A DNA stretch of 63,118 nucleotides, filler included, from Xylographa opegraphella (taxonomy: Eukaryota): NCBI GenBank assembly GCA_022813865.1. It is 10 parts of 10 records of this genome, joined end to end, with 100 filler letters (N's around TTAATTAATTAA, not from the genome) between each part and the next. Parts side by side here need not be neighbours in the genome. Positions count along the whole stretch, not along the records: positions 38,791 to 44,825 come from JALDZX010000217.1; positions 44,926 to 50,944 come from JALDZX010000218.1; positions 51,045 to 57,047 come from JALDZX010000219.1; 7 more parts are not named here. One strand, given 5' to 3'. Every line of letters starts with the position of its first letter. Position 1 is the stretch's first letter. Shown in pieces: positions 38,691-52,266 of the stretch. The position numbers and the translations under genes are program-made. The notes under the pieces were generated by a model. It was not told the origin of the DNA, did no database searches, and worked only from the letters and a program-made list of their open reading frames with translations.

Positions 38691-39624
38691 NNNNNNNNNN
38701 NNNNNNNNNNNNNNNNNNNNNNNNNNNNNNNNNNTTAATTAATTAANNNNNNNNNNNNNNNNNNNNNNNNNNNNNNNNNNNNNNNNNNNNCCGAGCTCTC
38801 GCTTAGCAGCTCTCGCTATCCTGCAGGCAGGCCGGGACTCTATTTCTAACAGAAATATTATTTTTTTAGTAATAAAAATCGATGATGCGATCGCGAACGA
38901 CTTTTTTAAAAAAAATAAGCGAAGTTCTAGTTGTAAATTGTTTGGCCTTCGTAGCCGCGCTCGTCAAGCGTACGCTTGGCGTCGACGTAGTGAGCCATAC
39001 TGAATGTAAAATAGCTTCAAACCTCCCGAGCTCGAGAACTGCGTGAATTGTGCACCATGAGAAAGCTAATTGACAGCAAAAAGCGTAGTTGTCGTTTCAC
39101 AACACCTGAATCAGAAGGTGGAGTCAGAAACTGACCTAGTTATTTTGCGGATGCACTAGGATAGAGAAATGCAAGTGAACTTACAGAACTCAGTTCTGAC
39201 TTATGAGTAACTTTCTTTCTTTCATCGACCACTGCGCTCGTCCATGATGGGCGGTTGTGCACTACCACCACTTGACCATCAAATAAATAATCTGCCGAAG
39301 GTCAAGTTCACCATGCAGAAACGATCTGCATGCGGCTCAAAACATTTACAGGGATACCTGAATAGCTGAGGGTGCTAGGAAGAAGGCTAACCCATATGGA
39401 GAGCTCAGTGTACTTGTGCCAAGACGGCGTGGTCTTCACTACACACACGCTGTGCAGAGGTAGCCTACTTGCCTCTATTAAGAAGAACAGTCATCGCACA
39501 ATAGGCATCGGCTTCTGCGGTTCTTCTGTTTGTTCTCTATCGTTAAAGACTTTATGGTTCTGCATGTTAATTGCTTATGAGCCTTCTCGACTAATGATTT
39601 ATCACTCTTCTCAATTTGCCCGCA

Positions 39625-42600
39625 ATGGAGGTACTGGGTAGCATTGTGACGATTATTACTGTTTGTGATCAAGTCCGCAAGATCTATGACTTCTGGTCAT
39701 CAGTTCAAGATGCGCCGGTAGAAGTTGCTGTGATCCTCGAGAACCTCCAAGCGATCCAAGCTATCACCGAACGACTGGCAAAAGACCCAGATGACTACTC
39801 CGACCCTGATGCTCCTTTACATACTGTGCTTCAGACTTGTAGCAAGTCGATCGTCCGCCTAGAAGCTCTTTTGGCAGATTTCGATATCTCGTCTCCTAGC
39901 AGACGAAAACGGAGATGGGCTGCCGTAAAGGCCGTTTGGAAAAGAGACCAGCTCGAGAAATTCCAGGTACTGCTAGAAAGGACGAAAAGTTCATTGGTTT
40001 TGGCTACTCAATTGAAATCCGAGTCCGTCCATCCTAGATTTTACAATTCCCCTTCGTGACCTTTTAGCTAACATTCACTACCTGGGCTATGCAGACACAA
40101 TACTCGTTTTGATCTTGCAATAATAGCGGCCAATGTCGATGACATCAAAGCTCGTCAGGAGAACACTATCATCACCACCATCTCAGCTCAATCGGAACTC
40201 TCAGACATTAGCTCCCACGTGAAAAGTATACGGGCAGAGGTCCATGGCATGGCACAAAAGTTTGAGCAGTCCTCGGGTGTATTCAAAGTCTCTGCGGAGA
40301 TCGAGAGTGTAATGTTAGTAAATGTTTGCTCCAAATTTACTACTTGAGCCAGATGATCATCTAACAATGTGAAGGTCTACATTATTGGCCAAAGCCTTGA
40401 GCTCGACAGAGATGCAACATGCAATAGATTCTATTATTGCTAGCAATAGAGTGGTATGCTTTTTCTGGAATACTTGGCGAGCTCAAGTAAAACAAGGCTT
40501 GATTCGCATGCTAACAAAGTAGAACGAGGGCCTTCAAGGCATCAAAAGTGTAAACATAACGGGCGTTAAAGATCTCGATACTATAATCAAACGCCAAGAT
40601 TCTCTCAGAGTTCAAGAGGTACCTCTTGTGAATCCTGAGGATAGTATCGTATCAAGCCGAACAAGAGAAAGACAGATTATACAACGGCACTATGAGCGTA
40701 CGGATACCAAGCTCGGTAAGATACCAATGATATGCATAACGTTCATGGTTTTCACGGGTGCTGAACCGTTGAACTAGGCACGTTTTACTACTACACAAAG
40801 ATCATGTCCGTGCAAACTATTCGCTGGGGCAGTAACTTCTTGAGCGAGCAATCGGGACCATTACAAGTCCACGAGATTGAAACTTGTTTAACTATGGTAC
40901 CCGCAGAGTGGCTTTTAAAATATGGTAGGCAAGGCATCCTAGATCTCCTCATGTACTTTTGTAACATTGAATGCTATTACAGGAGCAACCATTTCTTGTG
41001 GAAAAACGCCTCGAGGCTTCAGCTATCAATTTTACTGCTTTCCAGTAGTTCGAGAGGATTCCTTGATTTTCGAGTTTTGTCAACAGGGGTAAGCCGGGTG
41101 CAGCACATTGTCATCCGCCTGACACCCATGACTTATGGGGTGATCGCAGGAATATCGCAGGCATTAAGTCCTTGTTCGCGAGAAAATTAGCCTCGCCAAT
41201 AGATACAGGTGAGCACGATGCTTTTCGCTGCTAGCAGAATTAACCCTGATCTCTATCACAATAGACTCGCAAGGGCTTACACCACTCCATGTAAGCTACT
41301 GTATCTTTAAGTTGTTATGGACCGTTTAGCTTACATGTCCGAGGTTGCTGCGACATACGGCAACACCGAGCTCTGTGCGTTCTTGCTGGAGCAAGGAGCA
41401 AATGTAAACACCGTTGACTATAAGTATCACCAGTAAGTGCTTCTCATCTTCGTCGATTGAGACACCGTAACAGTCACTTTACGTGTATAATTGGGCGTTT
41501 GAGTAATAACAAGGATAATTATGCCCCGAATTTGCAGCAATCTCGAATTTCTGATTCATCTCTACGTGCTCCAAACTAATTACAAATGTGGGTAGTACGG
41601 CAGCTCATAAGCTCATGTGGCATCCACAACGTGACCCGAAGACAAGATTGCAAGTTAGCCGTTTGCTTGCAGAATATGGTGCGGACTTTTCGATGGAGGA
41701 CCATCAAGGCTGGACTCCCTACACAATAGGAACAGCTAATCTTCTGGAGAGCTCTGCACACGACTGGTTGCTCCGGCAAGGTAGTGGTACGGACTTTGAC
41801 CCATCAGCTCGGGACGTTGGCGGCTTTACCACCTTGCACACGTTCATGTCGGTTGTTGGCGGCCCGGCAATCATCGATCTGCTGCTCCGCTTGGGCTCAA
41901 ATGCGAATGACACGCTGGAGCCACCACCTAAATCCAGCTACGGGTTTTATAGGGGTCGCACCGCCCTACACTTTCTAACTTATCGAGCATTGACGGGGCG
42001 AGTACTTAAAAAATGGCCGTCGAAAGAGAATTTTATTGCAATAGCCTCCTTACTTTTCGACAGCGGAGCCGACCCACATGTCCTCACCGTTCAAGGCTAT
42101 AGCCCCACAATGATTGCCATGCGCGAGTACGAAGCTTTCTGCTGGTGGCGGGAAAGCGTTGGAGGAGCTGGATACGATATGGAAGAATTCGTCGAAAAGG
42201 AATGCCAGCTGTCGAGCAAGATGATCAAGCAAGGCTGGAACAAAGAGGGTCTCCGTTCTCTATTCGATTCTCCTTTGCCCCGACCAAACTTCCTTGAGAA
42301 AGCGGACTTTGCGCAACAGCAAGCGTGGTGGAAAGCACAAGTCGAAACACATTATCCCTCCAACGGCATTCCTCAGTTCCATACCCTGCAAGCCGCTCCT
42401 CGCTACAATTGGCTTACAAGGCCTAAGAACATGAGTTCAGGCGGATTCGAATTCAGAGGTTATTGCGTATCTCTCAGGTTGAATGCATCGTACACGGAGT
42501 CACAGCTGGCTCTGGTGACAGTCTACATATGGCCCACACCAGGGCAACGGCGGAATAGTACTGGTTTCCCTTCTAGCCAGCACAAAATGCGAGGTTTTCA

Positions 42601-42835
42601 CTATGGGGCTGCATTGGTTGTGGTTTTCCGGCGAAGGCATCTGACTTTCATGATTGTTTTAAAGGCGTCGAGTGCTCGGTACAGGTGGCGGTTGATAGAA
42701 GAAGTGGACGACTACGAACACGTAGCGGAGGTTGCGTACATCCTGGCAGACCAGTGCCAGTCGGAAAAGATGGAGAACCTCGAGGCAAAGAGGCGGTGGT
42801 TCACGAAAGGGACGAAGAGGGTGGAAGAATTATGA
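39625..42835 (+). CDS. Multi-exon protein: fungal N-terminal HeLo-like (STAND N-terminal) domain plus ankyrin repeats; exon structure approximate
   Basis: N-terminus ..FWSSVQDAP.EV..I..RRW..VK.VW..LEKFQ..LERTKSSL.LA; several GT..CTAAC..AG introns; ankyrin motifs GLTPLH, LLEQGANVN, GFTTLH, GRTALH, DSGADPH. Confidence 0.78.
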
Positions 42836-42964
42836 CATTCATGTCACTTTGATGTTCATGTTATGATGGTTGGAAAATGGGTATATACCTGCTTCATGAT
42901 ATATATAATCTATACAGAGCGCGGCCTCGAATATACTTCCGTCAGCATTGCTGATTTGTATACA

Positions 42965-44316
42965 TCAATCCGACTGCTTCAAATCCCAAAATGTGGATAT
43001 GTACTCTACCAACTCCTCCGCTCTATTGATCGGAAACTCATGCCCGTCATCAATAACCCTCACCTCTACATTCTCCGCCCCCAGTAGCATAGTCGCATCT
43101 TCAATCAGCTCATCCTTGATGATGAACGGATCACTCTCTCCAGCCACAATCAACACCTTACAACACGCCCCCTCCGACGCCGCATCCTCCCTCGCTCTCG
43201 TCAGATTCTCCCCCACCTTCCGCCAGGAAGCCTCCTGCTTCGCCGTCGGCGCATTCCGCAACGCACTGACGAAGCTCCTCACAAACCCCTCATTATGCTC
43301 CACCTGCCAGGCTATGACGCCCGCAATATCTACCCTCGATGGCGCGGCTGGCGAAGCGGATGGCGCCCGAGGCGCCATCCGCTTCGCCAGCCGCGCCTCC
43401 GCATCCTGCTTCCCCAGCACCTTCCCATCCGGCCCCTCCCCCTCCCTGCCTACAGCGGGCAGCCTGTCCCCGCACAAGATCCTCCTCACCTGCCACCGGA
43501 GCCAGCGCTGCGGGAACAGCCAATGGTACTGCAGCAGGGGGTTCTCGTAGTCGGCGTGCACGGCGCGCAAGACGCCCGTAGGGGCGAGCAGCACGACGGA
43601 CGTGATCAGCGCCGGGAAGGACGCCGCGAACGACATGGCGATGCCGCCGCCGAGGGAGTAGCCCAGCAGCGCGAAGCCGCCGCCAGCGGAGCGGGCGCCC
43701 GTCCAGGTGAGGGGCGAGGTGGCGAGCGCGATCAGGATCTGCGAGGCGTACAGGCGCGCGTCGTGCGGGAGGTCGGTGGGCGTGTCGGACCAGCCGCGGC
43801 CCCAGAGGTCTGGTCGGCGAAGGAGAGTGTCAGCGTCGACGGTGCGGCGTGCCGTGCTCGGCGGCGCTCGGGAAGCGAGGCCTGGGATTTCTTTGCGAGA
43901 GGGGGAAAGGCGGCATATGCGTAGTGGCTGAGAGACTCACCGAATAGACACACCCGACACCCTCTCTCTACCAGCCGCCACGCCACGTCTGCCAGTGCGA
44001 TGCACGGCGTGCTTATCCCGTGCACTAGCAGCACCTTGCGCCCATCCTCGGGGCCCCATTCGTACACGCGCATCCAGCCGTACGGGGAGTCGACATCTCG
44101 AGCGCCGGGGAGGGCGTCGGGCGGGTAGGGTAGGGATGGTGAGGGACTGGAGGGGGAGGAGAGGGAGGAGCGGGGGAGGCGAGCGGAGAGGGGGGAGATG
44201 GCGCTTGGCGGGGTGAAGGCGTAAGGTTGGGAGAGGTGGTGGTAGAGAAGAAGGAGGGCGGAAGCTGCAGTGCTGGCGAGGAGGACGGGGTATAGGGAGG
44301 TCGGGGGAAAGGGCAT
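42965..44316 (-). CDS. Alpha/beta hydrolase with N-terminal membrane anchor; intron 43810-43940
   Basis: VLLVHGISTP, spliced FDLWGRGWSD, nucleophile GYSLGG, GESDP, GHE. Confidence 0.93.
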
Positions 44317-45007
44317 ATTACGATTGATGTTGTGGTGGAGGAGGGAGGGGAGTAGTGTATATTATGACCCCGCTATGAATGAAATTCATTATATTAGCGC
44401 CTGTCCTGACCTATCTAGGCGTATTATTGTCCACTAGGGCCTCTATGATACTACCAGCAAAAGCCTCGTCATGCGTAAATAGTGAACGGGGTTCAGCTTG
44501 CCTTAGCTTCAAGAGTAGAAATAACCAGAGACTTTGAACCCAAAAACATTGTATCTATTCTAAACAATAACATTTTTATCCAACCAAGACCATCAATATA
44601 TGCCCATAGATTCAAGAAGAGTGAAGCAATGTTGGATCTTCGATCTCTCGATGAGTTTCACCATACTTAATTCCCCTTGAAATGCACCGGACTGGGATCA
44701 AAGCTCTCATTCCCATACACGCTGCCATTATACTTTAGATGTATATGAATAATATCTGCTAATACTGTAAAGGAATTCGTAGGAAGTCCGCAGCAGCCTA
44801 GTTGAGTAGGCAAAGGGGTAGGCAANNNNNNNNNNNNNNNNNNNNNNNNNNNNNNNNNNNNNNNNNNNNTTAATTAATTAANNNNNNNNNNNNNNNNNNN
44901 NNNNNNNNNNNNNNNNNNNNNNNNNGAGCCCTCGCTTAGCAGCTCTCGCTATCCTGCAGGCAGGCCGGGACTCTATTTCTAACAAATATAAACGAAATAC
45001 AAAAATA

Positions 45008-45200
45008 GCGAATATAAACGTAATATGAAATTTTGTAAATATAAATATAATATAAACTTTCGCGAATATAAACATAATATAAAGCTTCGCGAATATAAAT
45101 ATAATACGAATTTTCGCGAATATAAACGTAATATAAAATTTCGCGAATATAAATAAAATATAAAATAATAGATATAATACGAATATAACGTAAATTTATT
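45008..45200. repeat. 27-bp minisatellite (about CGCGAATATAAACGTAATATAAAATTT), about 6 copies
   Basis: 9-aa periodicity in the spurious ORF 44936-45220. Confidence 0.8.
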
Positions 45201-45586
45201 AATAAAATATAATTATACACGAAACATAAATTAATGAATTTTTATGAATTTTTATAAATTTTTATAAATTTTTATAGATTTTTATAGATTTTTAAATAGT
45301 TATTTATTAAATAAAAAACCCGGGGGAAAATATTTTGTTATAAATTTTCTTATTAGCGTCAATACGTTTTATTTAATAATTTTTACTGATTCGAAAATTG
45401 TGTTTTTATAGCTTTATTATTTGTAAATATATTTAAATTTATATTTTATATATTTTATATATTTTAACTGTACTATTTTTTTAATTACAAACTTTTAATA
45501 TAATTTATTTATTATTTTAGTAAAAAGTAAAATAATCAAGGCTCGCGTATTTATTTTTCGCAGTTTAAGGAATTTTACGTAAATAA

Positions 45587-45841
45587 TGTAAAGGAATTCG
45601 TAGGAAGTCCGCAGCAGCCTAGTTGAGTAGGCAAAGGGGTAGGCAAAAGGATTGGATCGGGGTCGCAGCTAGGTCAAGTCTTTTCTGAATAAGGTNNNNN
45701 NNNNNNNNNNNNNNNNNNNNNNNNNNNNNNNNNNNNNNNNNNNNNNNNNNNNNNNNNNNNNNNNNNNNNNNNNNNNAGATGCGTGAGGAAGGAAGCTCCA
45801 AATCAAAAAGCGCCCAAAAGACCCGCCCCGAATCCACCACA
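45587..45841. repeat. Solo LTR family G
   Basis: TGTAAAGG...CCACCACA flanked by ATAA on both sides; internal N gap. Confidence 0.88.
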
Positions 45842-48800
45842 ATAATATTATAAATTTCATATATACTAAGAAAATTTAGCTTATAAACTTACTTTTTCAT
45901 ATATTTTATAATTCGAAATAATTTAAAATATTGATCGTTAAGTTTTTTTAATAAACGTATTATTTAAATATTTATATTTCGTAAAAAATTCAAGTCGTTT
46001 TCTTTAAATTTTATTAGAAAATAATATTTATTGTAATATTTTGCTTAAATCTTTTTATACGACTTTTATTATATATTTTAATATTTTTTATATTTTTTTA
46101 ATATTAATGTTTTTATAAAAGTATCGCCTTTCTCGAAAAGAAATATTAGCAATTGTAAGCAGTCGTAAACGTTAAAGTTAATAAAATATTAATAAACGTT
46201 ATAATATATATAAAAAATTATTATAATATATATATTTAATTAGCGGTAAATAGTTTACTTAATCGTTTTAATTAATTACTAAAAATTTATAGAAAATTTT
46301 TTATATTTTATTTATATTTTTTAATTTATTCATTGAATTAATAATAATATATCGTTAATAATTTTAATTTGAATATTAAAGCTTTAGATAATATTTTTCA
46401 AAATTTTAATATAAATAAATTTTCTATCGCTTATAATTATTATTAATATTATATAGTACTTGAAAATTTCTTTAATTGTAAAATATTCGAGTTAAGCAGT
46501 GGTTATTTTAATATGATATAAAACGAAATAAATAGTTTCAATTAATTTATTAACTACGATAATAATCAAATTGTATTTCGAATTATAATCTTTATCGGCT
46601 GAGAATATAAAACGTAGGAATTCTATAATTATATTAATAAAAATACTGTTTTAAAAATGATTAAAAATAAATAACAATGGCAATTCTTTAGTCGATATTA
46701 TACAAAATATTTTAATTTTTTAATATATATTGTATATTTTTATAAAATTTAAAATAAAAATTTTAAATTCGAGTTCATAATAATATTTATTAATAAAGTA
46801 AAATATTTTTATAGTTTTAAAATATTCCGCTATCAAAGTCTCGTAATATTTTTTTAAAACGTAGTTTTGTGATATGATTGAAATGCAAATTTTACTACTT
46901 TTGAAAAATAATAAATTATTACGAATAATAAAATTTGGATATATCGTTGATATTACGACTACGAAATAAAACGTATTATTTTTTAATAATAATTATTTAA
47001 TTTGAAGCGATAAATTAATTTATACATCGTTAAATATCGCAATTAAATATTCCCTAGCGTTTTATATTATAATTAATATACGGTTAAGAAATTTTTTAAA
47101 GAAAATTATTAAAACGTGAACAAATTATAATATAATTTTTTTAAATTTAAAAATATTTTTATAATTTGCGCGCCGTAAAAATGCGTTTACTAAATTTAAC
47201 TTTTTAACTTTTTATAAAATTATAAAATCGAAATTAATAAAATATTTTATTTATCGCGTCGTTAAACGCGATAAATCTATTATAATAATAAATATTCGTA
47301 AATTATTATAATTACTCTATATTATCATATTTTTGCGTTTTTAAAATAATATTTTTAAACTTTGAAAATCGCGATAATAGCTAAAAAATTATATTTTTTA
47401 TAATATAGTTTAACTCGAGAGCGGTTAATTTCTTTAAATAAAATATATAAATTATCGATAAATATTCTTTTATTTTTAAGAGAATTTTTCTGCGATTGCG
47501 AAATCGCTTGCGTTTTAATATATAAAACGTCGCTTTTTCAACAAAAAATATTTAAATAAAAACGTTTTTAAAAAAGTCGATTTTAATTTTTTAATTGCTA
47601 ATATTATTATTATAATTATAGCGAAAGAAATAGATATTTTTTTATTAAAATCGTTATAATTATAGTTATTTTGCTGTAATAAAAAATGAAGTGTTAGTAA
47701 AATTTCATAAAATTAATTTTTTAAAACGTTTTTAAGATATTTTGATATAAATCAATTCGATATTATAATAATTCGAAATAAATTTATATATATATTTAAC
47801 GTATAAATCATAAATTTTAAAAAATTCATAAATTCATAAATTCGACGCTAAATAAAAATTTTAAAAATTTTATATAAGTGTTTTCTTTGCGCAATAGATT
47901 TAGCATTTTTTTTATATAATTTATAAAATCGTTAAAAAATATTAACATATCGTCAAAATACGTAATTACCTTTTTATTTAATTATTAAGTGTAAAATAAG
48001 ATCAATACATAGTTAAGATATTCTAAAGGTATTATAAAGTTTAAAAAATATAATATAATATTTAAAATTTTCGTATTCTGCTTAAAACGTCGTTATTTAT
48101 TTTAAATTATATTATATTCGAATTTAAATTGAATATCGTAATTAAATTTAGGCGTATAAAGCGCCGAGTTTTTAATAATGATTTATTAATTTTAAAATCA
48201 ATAAAAGAGAGTATTTATTTTTTTATTATAATTATATTTAAACTACGGTAATCGATATACAATTTTTAAAATTTTCTTACAAAGATAATAGGCGTGTTTA
48301 TAAAAATTTTAAATTTTGATAATCTTGACGTAAAATTCGAATTAATATAAATTTCTAAAATTTTAAACTTTAATTTAAAAAGCCTGTATAAAGAGTCGAA
48401 AAAATATATTATTGAACAAAAAAATAAAATTTATAGTTAAGTTTGAAACGATATTTAAATTTTATAGTTATTTTAAATTCGCAAAAAATGGTTATAAAAT
48501 TTATATAATCCTTGGGACGTACGGGCGGTTCGATATTTGATTTTATAATTTAAATTATTATTATATTATTAAATTCTAAAATACGTAATATAATATTTAC
48601 GTTTATAAGTGTTACAAATAAGGAAATTTTTCGTAAGAGAATACTTTAAACTTTTTAATTAATATTTAAATTGTCTTTTATTAAATATAATAGCCCGAAA
48701 ATTATATCATATTTCAACAAAATTATTATGCGAAATAATTATTCGTATTTAATCAAATTAAATTCTATAGTAATAAAATAATAATCGTTTATAAATTTTA

Positions 48801-49600
48801 ATTTTAAACTTTATTAATTTATTTCTCGTACTGTAAAAGTCGTTGAATTAATAAACGTTAAAGTTTTTATATTAGTTTATATACGCGAAACGAAATTCGC
48901 TGTTACGTTATAATTAATTAAATAATTAAAAATAACGTTTTGGGTAAAATTTAAATAATGAAATAATACGAATTAATTAAACATATTCAATATAAATTAT
49001 TTAAAATTAAGAACGGATTTCTTTACGATATTTTTGCTTTCGCGGCGGAGCGTTTTTCGTAATAGAACTATTCGATAATATATTATAATTATTGACGTAG
49101 TATTTATCAAATTATAATATTTATAAAGGTTGTTTTTTTCTTAATAATCGCGTTCGATATTTATTAAACGTTTTTATTTTCGAAAGGGTTATTCGTTTAA
49201 CGAAATAATATTAATATTTAAAATATTTCTTTAATTGTTTTTTTATTTTTTCTTATTAATACATTATTTATTTTTCGCCGAACGTATTATTTACTAACGT
49301 TATTTTTATTTTTATTTAAAATACGATTTGCTTAAAGACAGCGTACTTTTACGATAATTTAAAAAAAAATAATTAATAACGATATAATTTATTATTTTAC
49401 TCGATAATTTTAATTTAAAAATAATATAAACGGCTTAATCGTTTTATATTAATTTATTAAGAAATCTTTCGAAATTATTAACAAACTTTTAAATTAATTA
49501 ATTTAAACCATAAATAAATTATAATATTAAATTTTCCGCTATCGTATTTATATCGATATTTCTATAGTATTTTTCTCTTTAAAACTTAAAACAATGTTAC
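45842..49600 (-). mobile_element. Heavily RIP-degenerated Ty3/Gypsy pol remnant (limits approximate)
   Basis: Minus-strand VITYFDDMLI (RT) near 47940-47970 and NASDFAIA (RNase H DASDFAI) near 47490-47515. Confidence 0.72.
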
Positions 49601-49654
49601 GAAATAGTCGTGGGGTAAAATCATTCTATTTTAGTAAATTGTTATTAATATTTT

Positions 49655-50944
49655 TATTGAAACTAATCACTAGGCACAGGTAATGGCAGCAGGTAACAGT
49701 GCATTGCTTAATCACTAAGAAGGTGAAGAGTTATTCTGGAGACGGGGCTCCAGAAGACTCCTCTAGTTCTGCACTAAGCTAGGCCTAATCGGCTATAGTA
49801 AAGGACCAACAACACNNACTGCTAACGCCCTGATTTTCAACACTCCCACTCAGTCTTTGTCGTAGCGTCCTCTGCTGACTGAAGAACTCCCACTGCTTGA
49901 CATACCTAGAAGCCTCATGAACTGACTATGCTTGGTGGGATTCAGAAGCTTAGTTAGTCCGTCCGCGGCCATATCTTCTGTAGGCACATAGGTCACCTTG
50001 ATCCGGTTTTGCTTAGCCAAGTCCCGAATATGATGATACATGACATCGATGTGCTTTGACCTTTCATGAAGATGCGGGTTCTGGGTTAATGCTAGGGAAC
50101 CCTGGTTGTCCCCTCTAAGGTCCCCGCAGTATGGGTTCCGCCCTAAGTACTGAGGGTATCCTGACTCACGGAGGAGCTGGGTTAGCCATTGCGCCTGGCG
50201 AGCTCCCACTGACAATCCAACGTACTCGGCTTCCGTAGTTGAGGTAGATACCGACTTTTGCTTCCGGCTTGCCCAGGACACGGGACCTCCTGCCATCTTG
50301 AAAACGTACCCGAATGTTGACTTCCGATCCTGCTTATCGTCGGCGTAGGCTGCGTCGGTAAAGCCGTGAAGATTTCTTTCTTCTTCCGGTTCTGGTCCAA
50401 AGGTTATTCCAACGTCAGCGGTGCTTCGCATGTACCTTAACAGATGTTTGGCCCCCATCAGGTGGTGCTCAGCTGGATCGCTCATGAATTGACTCAATTT
50501 ACCAAGAGCAAAGGCAATGTCTGGGCGGGTATAAACTTGAGCATGCATTAGACTTCCGATAAGCTTCTGGTATTCTTTTACGTTTACCCTTTTGTCGTCA
50601 GGATTTGCCGGGCGTAGATATTCTTCGCTGTTAAGAGGAACTTTGGTGGGCTTGTGCTTGTCGGTCACCATACCAACGGATTCCAATACCTTTTGGATAT
50701 AGCGGCTTTGACTAAGCTTGATGGTACGCAGCTTGCGGTCGCGGGTGACTTCTATGCCTAGGATCTTCCGAATCTCCCCCAGGTCCTTGATCTTGAAGAC
50801 ACCAGCCATCTCAGTTTTGAACCACCTAATTTGCTCGGTAGTCTTGGCGGCGATACCCATATCATCGACGTAAAGTAGCAACAGGATTCCGCGTTCCCTG
50901 TGAAGTAGCAGACACGGGTCGACATGGCTTTGAACGAAACCCAT
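49655..50944 (-). mobile_element. Second copy of the Copia 3' end (ORF 49850-50944, PPT, LTR A 49655-49842)
   Basis: Reverse complement of 1-1290; identical protein; one LTR mismatch near 49733. Confidence 0.97.
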
Positions 50945-52176
50945 NNNNNNNNNNNNNNNNNNNNNNNNNNNNNNNNNNNNNNNNNNNNTTAATTAATTAA
51001 NNNNNNNNNNNNNNNNNNNNNNNNNNNNNNNNNNNNNNNNNNNNATGATGTTCGATCGGCCGATTCGAACATTCGGTCATCGGTCAATAATGGGCCCGAA
51101 ATAGGGGTTCCATATTGCGACACCTGCCCTCCTATTCCGTACCAAAACTCCAACGACACCTCCGCCGAGACAATCCTCGTAATCATCCATGCTCAGCACT
51201 AAGAACCGGTTGGCAGTGGAAAAGCCTGGCATACGAGAATGACATGACATTACATCCAACGAAGCTCCGAACAAGTGCATGCACGCGAAACATCATACAC
51301 GGAACAATCAAATACGAAAACGGATTCGATGTGTGACCGGCAGGGTTTTTAATCTCAATTAATCACTACGACGGCGACAAAGCGCTGCTAAATCTCCCCT
51401 CCCCCCGAGGCTCTCAGTAGACAAACCAGTATCAATGATACCCATGTGCCCGTGCCCACGCGAAAAAGGAAAACCCTCCCCGTTCCACGCACGTCCTTGC
51501 TCGCACGCCTCCGCCAAAAGCCCAGAATCCTTGCACAAGGGGGTATAGTGTGAAAGCAAAAGCTATATTGTTACAAAAAGGGAGGTACGACTTCCGTCTC
51601 GCAAAGAGATAAACGGCCCCCAAGAACCGGTCAAAGCGCTGGAAAGAGGACGGCAGAGCGAAAGGTAGGAGTGGTGGTGTCTCGACACGAAAGAAGCGAG
51701 CACGGCAGGGGCGATTGCTCGAGCCCAAAGAACGACCCGTCAACCGGAATCGCGGGTCGAAAGGTCGATAAGGTTGGGGGGGTGAGGGTGAGGGGCCGTT
51801 GGACGGTTGCTTGGGCCGGTGAGGCGAAGGATGCTGGCTGCGCCGCAGACGAGCATGGAGGATGACGGTGTAAGGTCCCGGAGGTGTGTTGATGGCGTGG
51901 GTAGAAGTCGACTAGAGTGCTTGCTCGAGGTCATGTGGTTTTCGTGGATGTGTAGCGCGGCAGGCCATATCGAATGGCCGGCCAGTACGGTTTCGAGTGT
52001 GCGAGCAACATCGGGAGCGGACTTGCGGTCCGTGTTTGAGGTGCGATGGCAGGTCGGGTTAGAGTTGAATGCCTTCGTCAAGATGTATCACCGGTTGTGT
52101 GTCTGTGGTGAAGCTGCCGGTCGTTGCTTGCAGTCGTGGTTTCGTAGAGAAGAGGAGTTTTGAATGCCAGCGCGGT

Positions 52177-52266
52177 TTACTTTGGCACTGGGGGAAGAGG
52201 TCGGTTTGGGGGAGGACCAGGGCATGGCGGGTATTGTGTTTGCGTGCCATGGTATAAGGAAGGCAT
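52177..52266 (-). CDS. Candidate 29-aa proline-rich micropeptide MPSLYHGTQTQYPPCPGPPPNRPLPPVPK
   Basis: CACC-ATG context; first ATG downstream of a CATAAATA box (52507-52514) and a CT-rich tract; below the ORF-track size cutoff. Confidence 0.5.
   Translation of the reverse strand: MPSLYHGTQTQYPPCPGPPPNRPLPPVPK

Noticed and set aside
1..50944. Giant inverted repeat (1-1290 vs 49655-50944) suggesting a 51-kb element
   Set aside because: The copies are on different concatenated contigs and are ordinary Copia 3' ends
52050..52070. Telomerase RNA template (AACTCTAACCC on the minus strand)
   Set aside because: Mismatch to a 1.5x CCCTAA template, and no pseudoknot or CR4/5 recognised
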